A DNA stretch of 64,000 nucleotides from a virus, in the IMG/VR virus record IMGVR_UViG_3300038803_000160; one strand, written 5' to 3'. The first letter of the stretch is position 1. Every line of letters begins with the position of its first letter. The notes under the pieces are model-generated. The model saw nothing but the letters and a program-made list of their open reading frames with translations. It had not been told where the DNA came from and made no database searches. A program made the translations under genes and the position numbers. Positions 29,252 through 38,766 of this stretch are shown here, one piece after another.

Positions 29252-30310
29252 ATGGCATTGTGTTTCGCGGAGAATTGGAACAAGCAGGCGTCGGGAACCA
29301 CCGGCTACGCCGACATCGCCACGTTCAACGACAACTACACGGCAGCGGGCGCGTCGAACTCGATCGTCACCACGGGGCGCTTCTCCGACAAGGCGATCCA
29401 GTGGGCCGGAACGAACAACCTTCAGCTCCCGCTGGTGGACAAGATCGGCGCGTCGTCGACCGTCGTGGTGATGTTCCAGCTCTACACGGCGCCGGGCGAG
29501 TTCACACAGCGCAGTTTCCTCCGCTGCACCGAGGCTACGACGTCCTCGATCCATTGGAACCTGCGCGCGACCGCTGCTGGCGCGATCGAGGTCATGAACG
29601 CTGCAGCAGTCTCCACCGTTGTAGCGACGTCCCCTCCCGGCGTTCTGAAGTACGGCGTGTGGCAGACGATCGAGGTCAAGTTCGCCTCGCTCGACAGTGG
29701 AACCGTGACCGTCAAGGTCGACGGCGAGACCGTCATCAACGGCGCGTCCGGAGACTTCCGGCGCGGTACCGGGAACACGACGTCGCTCAACCAGCTCATC
29801 TTCAATCTGTCGGGCTCGACCGGCTCGCGTCTGGGCAACATCATCGTCATGGACGGCACGGGATCGGTGCTGAACGACTTCATCGGCGACTGTCGCCTGG
29901 AGAGCACGATCCCGAACGCGGCGGGCTCCTCGACGGCGTGGACGGCGAACACGGGCACAGCTCTCGCAGCAGTACAGGACACGCTCGGCGGCTACGACAG
30001 CGACACCGATTACATCTCGGAGTCGACGTCGAACGACGACCACCTGTTCACGCACGACTTCACCCTGTCGGGCGCCTCGGCGATCCTGTTCGCGTTCTCC
30101 CAGGCGCTCGCACGCAACGATGGCTCGGGCACCATCAACATCTTGTGTAAGTCGAGCGCGACAACCACTAGCAAAGCCCCTGCTCCGTCTACGCTCAGCA
30201 CGTCCTACAAGTGGAAGGGCGCCGTCTTCGAGGTCGATCCCAACACGGCTGCGGCCTGGGCCAACGTCGCGGCGCTCGACGCCGCAGAGTTCGGTGTGAG
30301 GTATAACTGA
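29252..30310 (+). CDS. virion protein, lectin/LamG-like (paralog 2)
   Basis: WQTIEVK..VKVDG; C-terminal DPNTAAAW..AAEFGV. Confidence 0.65.
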   Translation: MALCFAENWNKQASGTTGYADIATFNDNYTAAGASNSIVTTGRFSDKAIQWAGTNNLQLPLVDKIGASSTVVVMFQLYTAPGEFTQRSFLRCTEATTSSIHWNLRATAAGAIEVMNAAAVSTVVATSPPGVLKYGVWQTIEVKFASLDSGTVTVKVDGETVINGASGDFRRGTGNTTSLNQLIFNLSGSTGSRLGNIIVMDGTGSVLNDFIGDCRLESTIPNAAGSSTAWTANTGTALAAVQDTLGGYDSDTDYISESTSNDDHLFTHDFTLSGASAILFAFSQALARNDGSGTINILCKSSATTTSKAPAPSTLSTSYKWKGAVFEVDPNTAAAWANVAALDAAEFGVRYN

Positions 30311-30954
30311 TGACCGTCGAGTTCATTGAGAGCCCGCGCTTCCCCGACAACATCGCCTACGGCTCCAGCGGCGGTCCGGGCTTCAAGACGCACGTCTTCG
30401 AGGGCTTCTCGGCGATCGAGCAGCGCTCGCAGCTCTGGTCGCGCGTGCGCTACACCTACGACGTCAGCTACGGCATCCGCGACAAGGAAGACATGGACGT
30501 CGTGCGCGAGCACTTCATCCAGATGCGCGGCAAAGCCGTCGGCTTCCGGTTCAAGGACCACTCCGACTACACGCTCGACGAGGAGGTGATCGGGACCGGC
30601 GACGGCGTCGAGAACGAGTGGCCCATCATCAAGACCTACGGCGCGGGCGGCTCCAATCCGTACTCGCGGCGCATCTTCAAGCCCGTCGTCGACTCCGTCA
30701 CCGTGTGGGTCAACAACGTGCTGGTGCCGATCGACAACGTCGCGCCGACCAGCAGCGAGTGCTCGATCGACTTCACCACCGGCATCATCACCTTCGGCTC
30801 CAGCGTGATCCCGGCGAATGGGCACGCGATCGAGGTGTCGTGCGAGTTCGACGTGCCGGTGCGCTACGACACCGACGACATGAAGGCTGTGCACGAGGGC
30901 TGGTTGTCGGAGTCGTGGGGCTCGATCCCTCTCGTCGAATTGTTGTTGGAGTAA
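30310..30954 (+). CDS. distal tail protein (DUF2460-like)
   Basis: RFP..I.YGSSGGPGF.T, GFRFKD..D, R.I.KPV, FDVPVRYDTD. Confidence 0.9.
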   Translation: MTVEFIESPRFPDNIAYGSSGGPGFKTHVFEGFSAIEQRSQLWSRVRYTYDVSYGIRDKEDMDVVREHFIQMRGKAVGFRFKDHSDYTLDEEVIGTGDGVENEWPIIKTYGAGGSNPYSRRIFKPVVDSVTVWVNNVLVPIDNVAPTSSECSIDFTTGIITFGSSVIPANGHAIEVSCEFDVPVRYDTDDMKAVHEGWLSESWGSIPLVELLLE

Positions 30955-30957
30955 GCC

Positions 30958-31872
30958 GTGCTGAAGAAGACAGGCGGGCGTGTCGCCAAGGCCAAGTTCA
31001 CGTCACCGCATCGAAACTGGCCGCTGTACGCCAAGAACAGCATCGACCACACCGCCCCGATCAACGGCTATCCGTTCATCGTGCTGCCGAAGACGTACGG
31101 CGTGCACGCCTACAAGACGAAGGCGGGCCTCGTCTCCGAGGCGGGCAAGATGATCCAGCTCGATCAGGCGAACGCTCTGGCTGAGCCGCTGCCGGTCGGG
31201 ACGGACGTGTATCTCGTCATCGGTGATCCGCGTCACGAGCACGCCATGACGCAGTCGAACCGGATCGGCTCGATGCGCAGCGGCACCGATCGCGTCGACC
31301 TTCGCATCTACGTGAACGACTTCCGGTCGGACGGGAATTGGATCGACCGCATGCAGCGGTTCCATGGTCACATGGGCGACGTGCTGCCGACGAACGTCCT
31401 GTCCATGTTCGACATCGGACAAGGGGCCTGGACCATCTCCTCCCTCCACGCCGCCGAGACCCACTTCCTGGCACAGGGCTACGACGCGGTCGAGCTGCGG
31501 CGCGTGTGCCCGCCGTACGTCTCTGGAAAGATCACGACGAACCTGCAGATGCTGCGCCGGTACAAGCGCCGCGTCGCGTATCCGATCGAGTGGGGCCTGG
31601 GGAAAGACCTGAAGCCGGTTGTGATCTGCTCGTTCGCTGATCCGACGCCGACGGGCGGCAAGGTCGTGAAGACGTTCCGGTTCCGCCTCGACGACGAAAT
31701 CCTTCCGCACAAGGAGCTGCCTCCGATCCGTCTCCTCGTGCACAACACCGACGTCGAGAGGGACGCCCCGGCGTTCAACTACTTCTATCACGGGCTGGTC
31801 GACAATCCGATGTGCACGGGCGCCCGCTGCATCCACGACTGGTCGTACGATGTCCAGACGCTGATCCGCTAG
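30958..31872 (+). CDS. hypothetical protein
   Basis: 304-aa ORF, GGAG RBS, genome-like codon bias; last gene of the virion operon. Confidence 0.7.
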   Translation: MLKKTGGRVAKAKFTSPHRNWPLYAKNSIDHTAPINGYPFIVLPKTYGVHAYKTKAGLVSEAGKMIQLDQANALAEPLPVGTDVYLVIGDPRHEHAMTQSNRIGSMRSGTDRVDLRIYVNDFRSDGNWIDRMQRFHGHMGDVLPTNVLSMFDIGQGAWTISSLHAAETHFLAQGYDAVELRRVCPPYVSGKITTNLQMLRRYKRRVAYPIEWGLGKDLKPVVICSFADPTPTGGKVVKTFRFRLDDEILPHKELPPIRLLVHNTDVERDAPAFNYFYHGLVDNPMCTGARCIHDWSYDVQTLIR

Positions 31873-33014
31873 AGGACCGAGCGCTCTTTCAGCTCACGGT
31901 CCTTTCGCTCGACGTCGGCATCCTTAAACAGGTGTCCGTAGATCGAGAACGTGAAGGCCTCCGAATGGTGGCCCATGTCCTGTGAGAGCTGTTTGGCGTT
32001 GGCGCCCAGCTCGATCATCCTGGAGGCGTAGAAGTGGCGCAGGGTATGGATTTTCAGGACGGGCAGCCCCAGCCTCCGCAGCATGGGGCGCCACCACTGG
32101 CGCGCGATCACCGACACGTCCATTGGGGTGCCGTTACGCGAGGCGAAAATCAAATCCCAGGCATGACCCTCGCAAAGGCGATGGAGCCATTCTATGACGA
32201 CCTTTGGAACCCGCACTTCACGGTAGCTGCGTCGGCTCTTCGGCCTCCCTATGCGTCCACGCCGGTCAGCTTTCTGACGGACTATGAGGCAACAGCCGTC
32301 GAAATCGACGTCCTGACGCCGCAGTCCCCGGGCTTCGGAGAGGCGCAGTCCGCTGTATATCAGAACATGAAGAAGCGCGGCTTTGCGGACCCAAGAGTAA
32401 TTTGGTGCACCGTTCTGTGGAAGGGCGCGGTCACAGCAATAGCGTACGATCTGGCGCATGTCGTCTTTAGAATGCGGCTCAACTCGGCGGGCATCACGGG
32501 CGTCGAGCTTCATCCGCACACGGGCCGCCGGATTGCTCGCGATCTCTTCTGCTTGGACCCCATGGTTCAAGATCGCCCGAACCGTCCCGAACACCTTCTT
32601 ACGGGTGGCGTGGCGCAGACTGTGGTTGGTGAGTTCGTGAAGGAACTCGCGCAGCTCGCGTTCCGTGATTTCCCGGACCCGGCGCGCACCTAAGGCGGGC
32701 CCGATGTAGGTCCGGTACTCGGCGCGGTAGTTGTAGGCCGTCTCGGGCTCCAGGGGCGGGTTGCCGTCGGCTCCGCTCTCTCGGGCAGCGATCCAGGACG
32801 CGAACAGATCGTCGAGGGTGATGCTGTCGGCGATCGACGCGGCGGCTCGCTCCAGGCGGATCGTGCTCTCCAGCCGCGAGATGAAGATCGAGGCGAGGCG
32901 ACGGGTCTTAAACTGTTTGTGTCGCACCCTGCCGTCGACCCGGTAGGTGACGCGGAATGCCTTCTTCTCTTCACCCTTGGCGTTTACCCAGGAGCGTTCG
33001 TATATACTGACCAT
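31869..33014 (-). CDS. int: tyrosine integrase
   Basis: Arm-binding-like N terminus; GLRLSE, PKS, HTLRH, MGH, IYGH catalytic residues. Confidence 0.92.
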   Translation of the reverse strand: MVSIYERSWVNAKGEEKKAFRVTYRVDGRVRHKQFKTRRLASIFISRLESTIRLERAAASIADSITLDDLFASWIAARESGADGNPPLEPETAYNYRAEYRTYIGPALGARRVREITERELREFLHELTNHSLRHATRKKVFGTVRAILNHGVQAEEIASNPAARVRMKLDARDARRVEPHSKDDMRQIVRYCCDRALPQNGAPNYSWVRKAALLHVLIYSGLRLSEARGLRRQDVDFDGCCLIVRQKADRRGRIGRPKSRRSYREVRVPKVVIEWLHRLCEGHAWDLIFASRNGTPMDVSVIARQWWRPMLRRLGLPVLKIHTLRHFYASRMIELGANAKQLSQDMGHHSEAFTFSIYGHLFKDADVERKDRELKERSVL

Positions 33015-33312
33015 GTTCGGCCCTCATACATGACCACATACATGGCACCAGCATCCGTAAAAGAGCCGTTAAATCAAGGGTTTGTTGGCGAGTCTGTGTT
33101 CCGTCTGATATTACAGGCAAAAGCAGGCTTTCCCCGTGTTTGTCAACCAGATCAAGGAGTTAAACCCTACTTTCAGGATCACACTTCGTGACCCTACTTG
33201 ACACACCCCATGAAATCGGCCTATTTTCAGGAGGCTTGAGCATACATGTGTATCGAGTTCAGCGGTCCTGATTGTGATGGAGGGTTACATGATGTCATTC
33301 TGAACCCGCACT
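33015..33312. other. candidate attP
   Basis: CATACATG repeats at 33025, 33037 and 33241; IHF-like sites at 33072 and 33150. Confidence 0.6.
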
Positions 33313-34035
33313 TCATCGGCGGGAGAAGCTACCCCTCACACGTCCCAGGAGCTGCGTCTTGTCCAGGGCGATCTCGAACGTGCCGTTCGCGTTCTCTATC
33401 CGGACAGTCGGGCTCTTGGTGACGCCAGGCACGACTCCCACCTTCGCCAACACACACGCCATGCCGTCCCACAGCAGGAAGATGCCTGGAGGAGACGGAC
33501 GCGTAGAGGACCGGTCCACGATGACGCGGTCTCCGACCTGATACTCGCCGATCGGCGCCTCGACCTTCATCACGAAGAGCGCGTCGGGATCAGGGCACCC
33601 CAACTCCGACGTCAAGAACTGGTACGGGAGCCCCCACTTCTGGAGGGTGTCGTACTCGTCCGGCGATCGGCCGACGCGGATTTCCGGAACCAGGGCGTAG
33701 CCGAGGGCCCGGGGATCAGGCATGACCGTCTGCGGCTTGTCCGAGATACCGAACGCGAGCCACTGCGGCGTCGTGTTCAAGAGGACAGCCGCCTGCTCGA
33801 TCGTGTGAATGTCAGGTACGTTCTTGCCGCGCTCCCACTGGGCGACGGACGACCGGTTCTTTTCGAGATGCTTGGCCAGCGTGTGCTGGGTCATCCCGAT
33901 TTCCATGCGTGACTTGAAAACTCTTTCGCCGAAACCCGATAGAATGTTCGCCTCGTGGACGCTGCTCTGCAGCTTCTCTGGCGGCGGGATGACTGGTTTC
34001 TTCCTTTGAATAGGCATCTTTGGTGCTCCATGCAC
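33313..34035 (-). CDS. CI-like repressor (XRE HTH plus S24-like C-terminal domain)
   Basis: GMTQ..LA..SVAQWERG..P..TTPQWLAFG; GD.VIVDRS..PGIF..LLGRV. Confidence 0.85.
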   Translation of the reverse strand: MHGAPKMPIQRKKPVIPPPEKLQSSVHEANILSGFGERVFKSRMEIGMTQHTLAKHLEKNRSSVAQWERGKNVPDIHTIEQAAVLLNTTPQWLAFGISDKPQTVMPDPRALGYALVPEIRVGRSPDEYDTLQKWGLPYQFLTSELGCPDPDALFVMKVEAPIGEYQVGDRVIVDRSSTRPSPPGIFLLWDGMACVLAKVGVVPGVTKSPTVRIENANGTFEIALDKTQLLGRVRGSFSRR

Positions 34036-34133
34036 AACACATGGGCACGCTAACGCACATTCCTAACGAAATGCAACCAACGTTGGGGATTTACAGCACG
34101 CCTATTCTCTTAATTGGTGAAAGGACCCTTACG

Positions 34134-36305
34134 TTAGGTGATCTTCCCTGGCAGATACGGGAAGCCTCGGAAGTTGATGGTGTTCGAGAACACCGCCTGA
34201 CAGTCCTCGGTGAACCGCTTCTGGCAGCTCCGCACGTACTGGTAACGATCGCCGACCTGGATGGCGTTGGTGCTGGGGAAGTAGAGCTTGATCTTCTTCG
34301 TCCCGTCGTCCCAGACGCGAACGATGTTCTTCTGGCCCCGGTTGTTGCCGGTGATCCACTTGATGACGGCGGTGGTGTACGTGCCGTCGCCGCCTGTGAT
34401 GGTGGTGCCGTTGAACTCCTTCCGTGAGACGACGGACGCAACCTGATCGTAGTAGACGTGCGCCGAGTGCGCCCGCCACAGCAGCTCGCCGTCCCAGGTC
34501 AGGGAGCCGATCGTCGGGTCCAGCGGGACGCCCCCAGGCTCTCCCTGGGCGAGGTCCGTGATCTGCGCCTGGACGGTATCGGCGATCGAGTAGAACAGCC
34601 CGTCGAAGCCCACCTGGGCGTTACTGGAGCCAGTCGGCGAGCGAGCATAGAGCGTGGTGCGGATATAGCGCGCCGTGGTGGGCAGAGTCAGGCTGCCCTC
34701 GAAGGTGCTCTCCGACGGCGCTCCGGCGTCACTGATCCAGTCCTGGATGACGTGGGTCGACAGGAGCGTGTTCGAGGCGTTGTAGGTGGTCACCTCGACC
34801 TTGCCCGCGCTGCCGGTGTCACCGAACACACTGGCGCCTTGGAGGTAGACGGCGATCCGCCCCGTCGCGATCTCTGACGCGGTGAAGCCGAAGTCGTCCT
34901 GAAGGTCTTTCTGCTGGTATAGAGTGTACGTCTTCTGGACGCCCGAGCCGTCGTCGCCGCCGTGAACGAGGTAGGTCAGGTCGGGGCCGCCGATGCCGCC
35001 GAGCGAGGACGACACGGCCCAAAAGTCCGTGTTCGCCGGACGCGTCCAGCCGGTGATGGCGTTGGTACCAGAGTTGGCGACGGCGCCCTGGTTCTCGAAG
35101 GACCCGTTCGTGAACGGCACGACGAGGCGCGTGTCGTCTGGAGAGACGCAGCGCAGCACCTTGTGGATCACGTCCTCGTACGGATTGCCGTCGAGGTGAT
35201 TGTACCAGTACGCCTTGATCTCATCGAACGCCGTGTTGACGACGTTGCTGCCGCGCTTGATCGAGTAGAGATAGATACGCGCTGTGCGCGCGCCTTCGAG
35301 CAGCGGAAAGACGAGATGGCGCCCGCGCCACGCGTCGAACGCGTCGAGACTGAAGTAGCCGGTGTCCTGGCGATCGATGATGTCGCCGTCGGTGTCGTAC
35401 ACCTCGATCAGGAAGCGCGGCTCGTCTTCGAGCGAGTCCGACTGCCCGACCTTGCCGTGCAGAACGAACGTGATCTCGCCGTTGTCGATCTCGCCATCGT
35501 CGATGCCCGCAGCAACGAGATCGACGTCCTGGTACAGGTACTCCTCGTAGGGCGAGGTCTGTAGAGAGTTGCCACCGAAGAGAGAGTAGGTCCCCGCGTA
35601 CGCCGTCATCTCCGCCGTTGCGGCGACACGCCACGAGCTGTCCGGCGAGCGCGTCCAGCCGGTGATCGCCTGATTGGAGGCGCGCACGCCGTCGGCTTCG
35701 AAGCCCGGGTTGGTCAGGGTGATCTCGGTCATCCCTGCGGGCTTGTAGTCGTAGACCCACTCACCGTTCTTGTACGGGTTGTCCGGATCGTAGGACTGCG
35801 ACAGGTCGATCGCCACCTTGCAGCGGCGGTCCCCGAGATCGGCGTCACAGGTCGGCTGATAGACGCGGCCCACCTCGAAGTCCAACACCTTCAGCAGGCC
35901 AACGATGGTGATGTTGACGATGCCGGTCTTGTTCTTCGCGATCTCACCGAAGTAGCCTCGGCGCAGATTGAGAAGGCCGTGCGCTGGGTAGAGGTAGTCG
36001 ACGAGAGCGATCTCGACTCCCGCCTTGTCGAAGGCGCCGCCCTCGAACTCAGACAGGATGAAGGTCGTCCCGTCGCACTTCAGCGTCAGCTCGTTGTTGT
36101 CGACCGCAAGCGATGAGCTGGTCCGGATCGCCGACATGTTGAACGGCACGTTGTGCTGGTAAACGAACCCGCCGACGGTGATGTCCGCGTCGTGGTTCGT
36201 GATCCGATACGTGGTGCCGTCCAAACGCGTGATGGTCACGATCGTGGCAAGGGTCTGCACACGACGCGTGATGTCAGCGATCAGACTGGAGCCTGCGGTC
36301 TTCAC
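34134..36305 (-). CDS. tail hub protein (DUF2163 + BR0599-like) with large insertion
   Basis: ITRLDG..TNHD..CDADLGDRRC N terminus; CQKR..C..F.N..NFRGFPYLPG C terminus. Confidence 0.88.
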   Translation of the reverse strand: MKTAGSSLIADITRRVQTLATIVTITRLDGTTYRITNHDADITVGGFVYQHNVPFNMSAIRTSSSLAVDNNELTLKCDGTTFILSEFEGGAFDKAGVEIALVDYLYPAHGLLNLRRGYFGEIAKNKTGIVNITIVGLLKVLDFEVGRVYQPTCDADLGDRRCKVAIDLSQSYDPDNPYKNGEWVYDYKPAGMTEITLTNPGFEADGVRASNQAITGWTRSPDSSWRVAATAEMTAYAGTYSLFGGNSLQTSPYEEYLYQDVDLVAAGIDDGEIDNGEITFVLHGKVGQSDSLEDEPRFLIEVYDTDGDIIDRQDTGYFSLDAFDAWRGRHLVFPLLEGARTARIYLYSIKRGSNVVNTAFDEIKAYWYNHLDGNPYEDVIHKVLRCVSPDDTRLVVPFTNGSFENQGAVANSGTNAITGWTRPANTDFWAVSSSLGGIGGPDLTYLVHGGDDGSGVQKTYTLYQQKDLQDDFGFTASEIATGRIAVYLQGASVFGDTGSAGKVEVTTYNASNTLLSTHVIQDWISDAGAPSESTFEGSLTLPTTARYIRTTLYARSPTGSSNAQVGFDGLFYSIADTVQAQITDLAQGEPGGVPLDPTIGSLTWDGELLWRAHSAHVYYDQVASVVSRKEFNGTTITGGDGTYTTAVIKWITGNNRGQKNIVRVWDDGTKKIKLYFPSTNAIQVGDRYQYVRSCQKRFTEDCQAVFSNTINFRGFPYLPGKIT

Positions 36306-36574
36306 GAAAACTTCCTTCCGTCAATCATGACGGTCGCCGGGTCGAGCATGTTGGCGATCATGCGCAGCCGCGAGGCGACTTCCTTCTGCGAGCAGTTCAT
36401 GTACTGCCCGAAGATCGCCTGCCCGCCGGGCTCGGGGCTCGCCGACATGATCGTGACGACGAACGCCTTGTCGCTCATGCGCTGGCCCTTGTTGGTCAGC
36501 GCGTTGAGAAGCATGACGTGCGACTCCTTGCACAATGCTTCCATGGTATCGATCGTGCGCTTGTGCTTGCTCAC
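36302..36574 (-). CDS. hypothetical protein
   Basis: GTGA coupling on both sides. Confidence 0.6.
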   Translation of the reverse strand: MSKHKRTIDTMEALCKESHVMLLNALTNKGQRMSDKAFVVTIMSASPEPGGQAIFGQYMNCSQKEVASRLRMIANMLDPATVMIDGRKFS

Positions 36575-36885
36575 TTTGCCATCCCCTTCAGGTTCGCCAC
36601 CTCGGCGAGGTACTTCTTGTAGAGCCGGTCGATGTCCTTCACGTTGCCGTGACAGACCTCCCAGGAATTGTAGAGCTTGGCGATGTACTCCGCCGTCTGT
36701 GCGCGCGTCGCCGACTTGCCCGGCGACCGTGGCGCGTAGGGACAGGTTCGCATGTAGGCGGGAAGGTTCAGCTCGATCTGCGCGACGGTCGGCAGCGGCT
36801 GGTTCTCGCAGCCCGCGTCCTGCGCCATCACGAGCGGGGCGAGACAGATGAGGGCCGCAGCCCGGAGGATGATTGCGCGGTTCAC
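36571..36885 (-). CDS. putative o-spanin lipoprotein
   Basis: Signal peptide with AGC lipobox-like Cys; follows the i-spanin. Confidence 0.65.
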   Translation of the reverse strand: MNRAIILRAAALICLAPLVMAQDAGCENQPLPTVAQIELNLPAYMRTCPYAPRSPGKSATRAQTAEYIAKLYNSWEVCHGNVKDIDRLYKKYLAEVANLKGMAK

Positions 36886-37289
36886 TTTTTCTGCTCCAGC
36901 TTCTGCAGCTCTTCGAGGACACGGTCGACCGGCGAGCCGACCGGGCTGTTCGCGTCGGGGGACTGATCGGCGCGCACCTCGCCGAGGATGCGACACGTCC
37001 GATCGAGATCATTCCACAGCGTGACGATGCGCTCGCTCGCGGCGGTGAGAGCGGCGTCGTCGAGGTTCTTCTGCGAAGACGCCACACGGAGCTGCGCCTG
37101 CAAGGACGTGCGATCCTTCTTCAGCGCCGCGATCTCGGTACCGCGCCGGTCGTACTCGTTGATGAACGAGCGCACGTTCCAGTACACGGCGACGAGTGCG
37201 CCGACCGCGCCGATCATGAGATAGAGACGCACGCCTGAGAACCAGGACGCGACGTTGAGGCCCTTCCACAGGGCGACAAGCCAAGCCAT
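36882..37289 (-). CDS. putative i-spanin
   Basis: N-terminal TM plus coiled coil; follows the endolysin. Confidence 0.7.
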   Translation of the reverse strand: MAWLVALWKGLNVASWFSGVRLYLMIGAVGALVAVYWNVRSFINEYDRRGTEIAALKKDRTSLQAQLRVASSQKNLDDAALTAASERIVTLWNDLDRTCRILGEVRADQSPDANSPVGSPVDRVLEELQKLEQKK

Positions 37290-38137
37290 TAAATCTTCTC
37301 CGTGTAGTACGTGTTGACCCAGCCCTCAGCGCCGCCGGGCACGTCCACACGCACCAGGGCCCATGTCTCGTACTCGCTGATGACGCGAAGGGTGGTCCCC
37401 CTCTTCAGCACGGCGAGGACTCTGGTCTTCTCGGGGCTAGGATTGTCCCGAAGGTTGAGTTCGGAAGCGGTGACCACCAACAGCGGGTCGATCCGTGTAG
37501 AGCGATCGTCCAGGAGCTTGGTGTAGCGGCGCATGGGGAACATCGGACCAGGGTCCGTCTTCCATCCACGCGTGTCGATCTCCTCGTGCGAGACGATGTG
37601 CCGAATGTCGTACGTCTCGATGAGCAGCGCGGTCAGCTCATCGAGAACTTTGAGCTGCGGCTCGTAGAACGGCTCCCAGAAGTACGTCCCCTTCGCAAGA
37701 CGGTCGTGGTGCTCCTCGTGCCACTCCGACGGCGGTGTGAAAGTCGTGCGCTTCTGTCCGACGAACTGTCCGTCGGGCCGAATGGTCTGTCCGTACTGGT
37801 CCTGGAAGTTCCCGTTGGTGAGCTGCTTGATCCAGCCCGCGTTGGAAATCTCGATGCCGATCGAGCGTACGTTCACATCGGACTTTCCGTTGAACCGCGA
37901 CGGACCGGCGTGCCATGCCTTCATGTTGAAAGGCACGATCTGAAAGACTTCGCCCTGACGTCCGACGACCAGATGAGCGGATGCGGGACGGTCCGATGTG
38001 GATAGCGTCGCGACGTCGCCCCGCGTCGTCCATCCAGCCGTGTAGTGCATCACGATGATGGTCGGCTCGATCTCGCCGCCCATCTTTTTCGTCGGCGCGC
38101 GGTCGACGCCTTCGAGCCAGTGTTTGGTGATCTTCAT
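37289..38137 (-). CDS. endolysin, N-acetylmuramoyl-L-alanine amidase + SH3b
   Basis: IVMHYTAG, SAHLVV, AWHAG, SIGIEI, H..K.DPGP; LNLR..P..GWV SH3b. Confidence 0.92.
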   Translation of the reverse strand: MKITKHWLEGVDRAPTKKMGGEIEPTIIVMHYTAGWTTRGDVATLSTSDRPASAHLVVGRQGEVFQIVPFNMKAWHAGPSRFNGKSDVNVRSIGIEISNAGWIKQLTNGNFQDQYGQTIRPDGQFVGQKRTTFTPPSEWHEEHHDRLAKGTYFWEPFYEPQLKVLDELTALLIETYDIRHIVSHEEIDTRGWKTDPGPMFPMRRYTKLLDDRSTRIDPLLVVTASELNLRDNPSPEKTRVLAVLKRGTTLRVISEYETWALVRVDVPGGAEGWVNTYYTEKI

Positions 38138-38571
38138 TGCCCGGTCGATCCAAAACCTGCGTCGCCACGATCCCCGCCCCACGGGGCGAGCGTGTCGACT
38201 TCGAGCCATTCATCGAGATTGACCGGCAGCACGATGAGCTGCGCGATCTTCATGTGGTGCTTGATCTGGAAGTAAGACTGTCCGTGGTTGACCACGATGG
38301 CCTTGATCTCTCCGCGATAGCCCGCGTCGATCACACCACCGAGCAGGCCGACGCCCTCGCCGTAGCCGAGACCAGAACGCTCAGCGATCTGACCGTAGAA
38401 GCCGGGCGGGATCGCCGTGCAGACGCCGGTCCCGATCAACACGCGCTGTCCGGGGAACAGCTTGATGACGTGTTCCGGCTTGTCGAAGCAGGCGAACAGG
38501 TCGACAGCCGCGTCCGTCTTGTGCGCTCGCGCAGGCGCCTTGGCGCCTGGGAGGAGCATGAAGGGGATCAT
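38134..38571 (-). CDS. dut: trimeric dUTPase
   Basis: AAVDL, RSGL, GVIDAGYRGEI, IAQL, RGDAGFGSTG. Confidence 0.93.
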   Translation of the reverse strand: MIPFMLLPGAKAPARAHKTDAAVDLFACFDKPEHVIKLFPGQRVLIGTGVCTAIPPGFYGQIAERSGLGYGEGVGLLGGVIDAGYRGEIKAIVVNHGQSYFQIKHHMKIAQLIVLPVNLDEWLEVDTLAPWGGDRGDAGFGSTGQ

Positions 38572-38681
38572 TACTTGATCCCCAGGCGGGCCTTGAGCTG
38601 CGCCCACAGATCGGGGCGGACCTTGTAGACGATGAAGGCGGCGACGCCGAGCACGAGAGCAAGGCCGATAAGCGCGTCCAT
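38571..38681 (-). CDS. 36-aa single-TM protein
   Basis: MDALIGLALVLGVAAFIVYKVRPDLWAQLKARLGIK; AAGGGA RBS; TAATG coupling (below the ORF-track cutoff). Confidence 0.6.
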   Translation of the reverse strand: MDALIGLALVLGVAAFIVYKVRPDLWAQLKARLGIK

Positions 38682-38701
38682 GATGGTGGGTCCCTTGATG
38701 T

Positions 38702-38758
38702 GTGATCCAGGATGACGCAGTGGTACAGGCTTCTGTAGCATGTGTCAACCTGGATCAC
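38702..38758 (-). promoter_or_regulatory. lysis-operon promoter with inverted pair of operator-like boxes
   Basis: TTGACA on the minus strand within GTGATCCAGGTTGAC; GTGATCCAGGATGAC at 38702. Confidence 0.65.
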
Positions 38759-38766
38759 GTCAAAGG

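Noticed and set aside
22497..31872. Diversity-generating retroelement or invertible fibre cassette
   Set aside because: No reverse transcriptase, no template/variable repeat pair and no inverted repeats seen by eye.
37874..38000. CACATCGGAC matches inside the amidase gene
   Set aside because: They are in coding sequence and lack the extended motif; likely chance.
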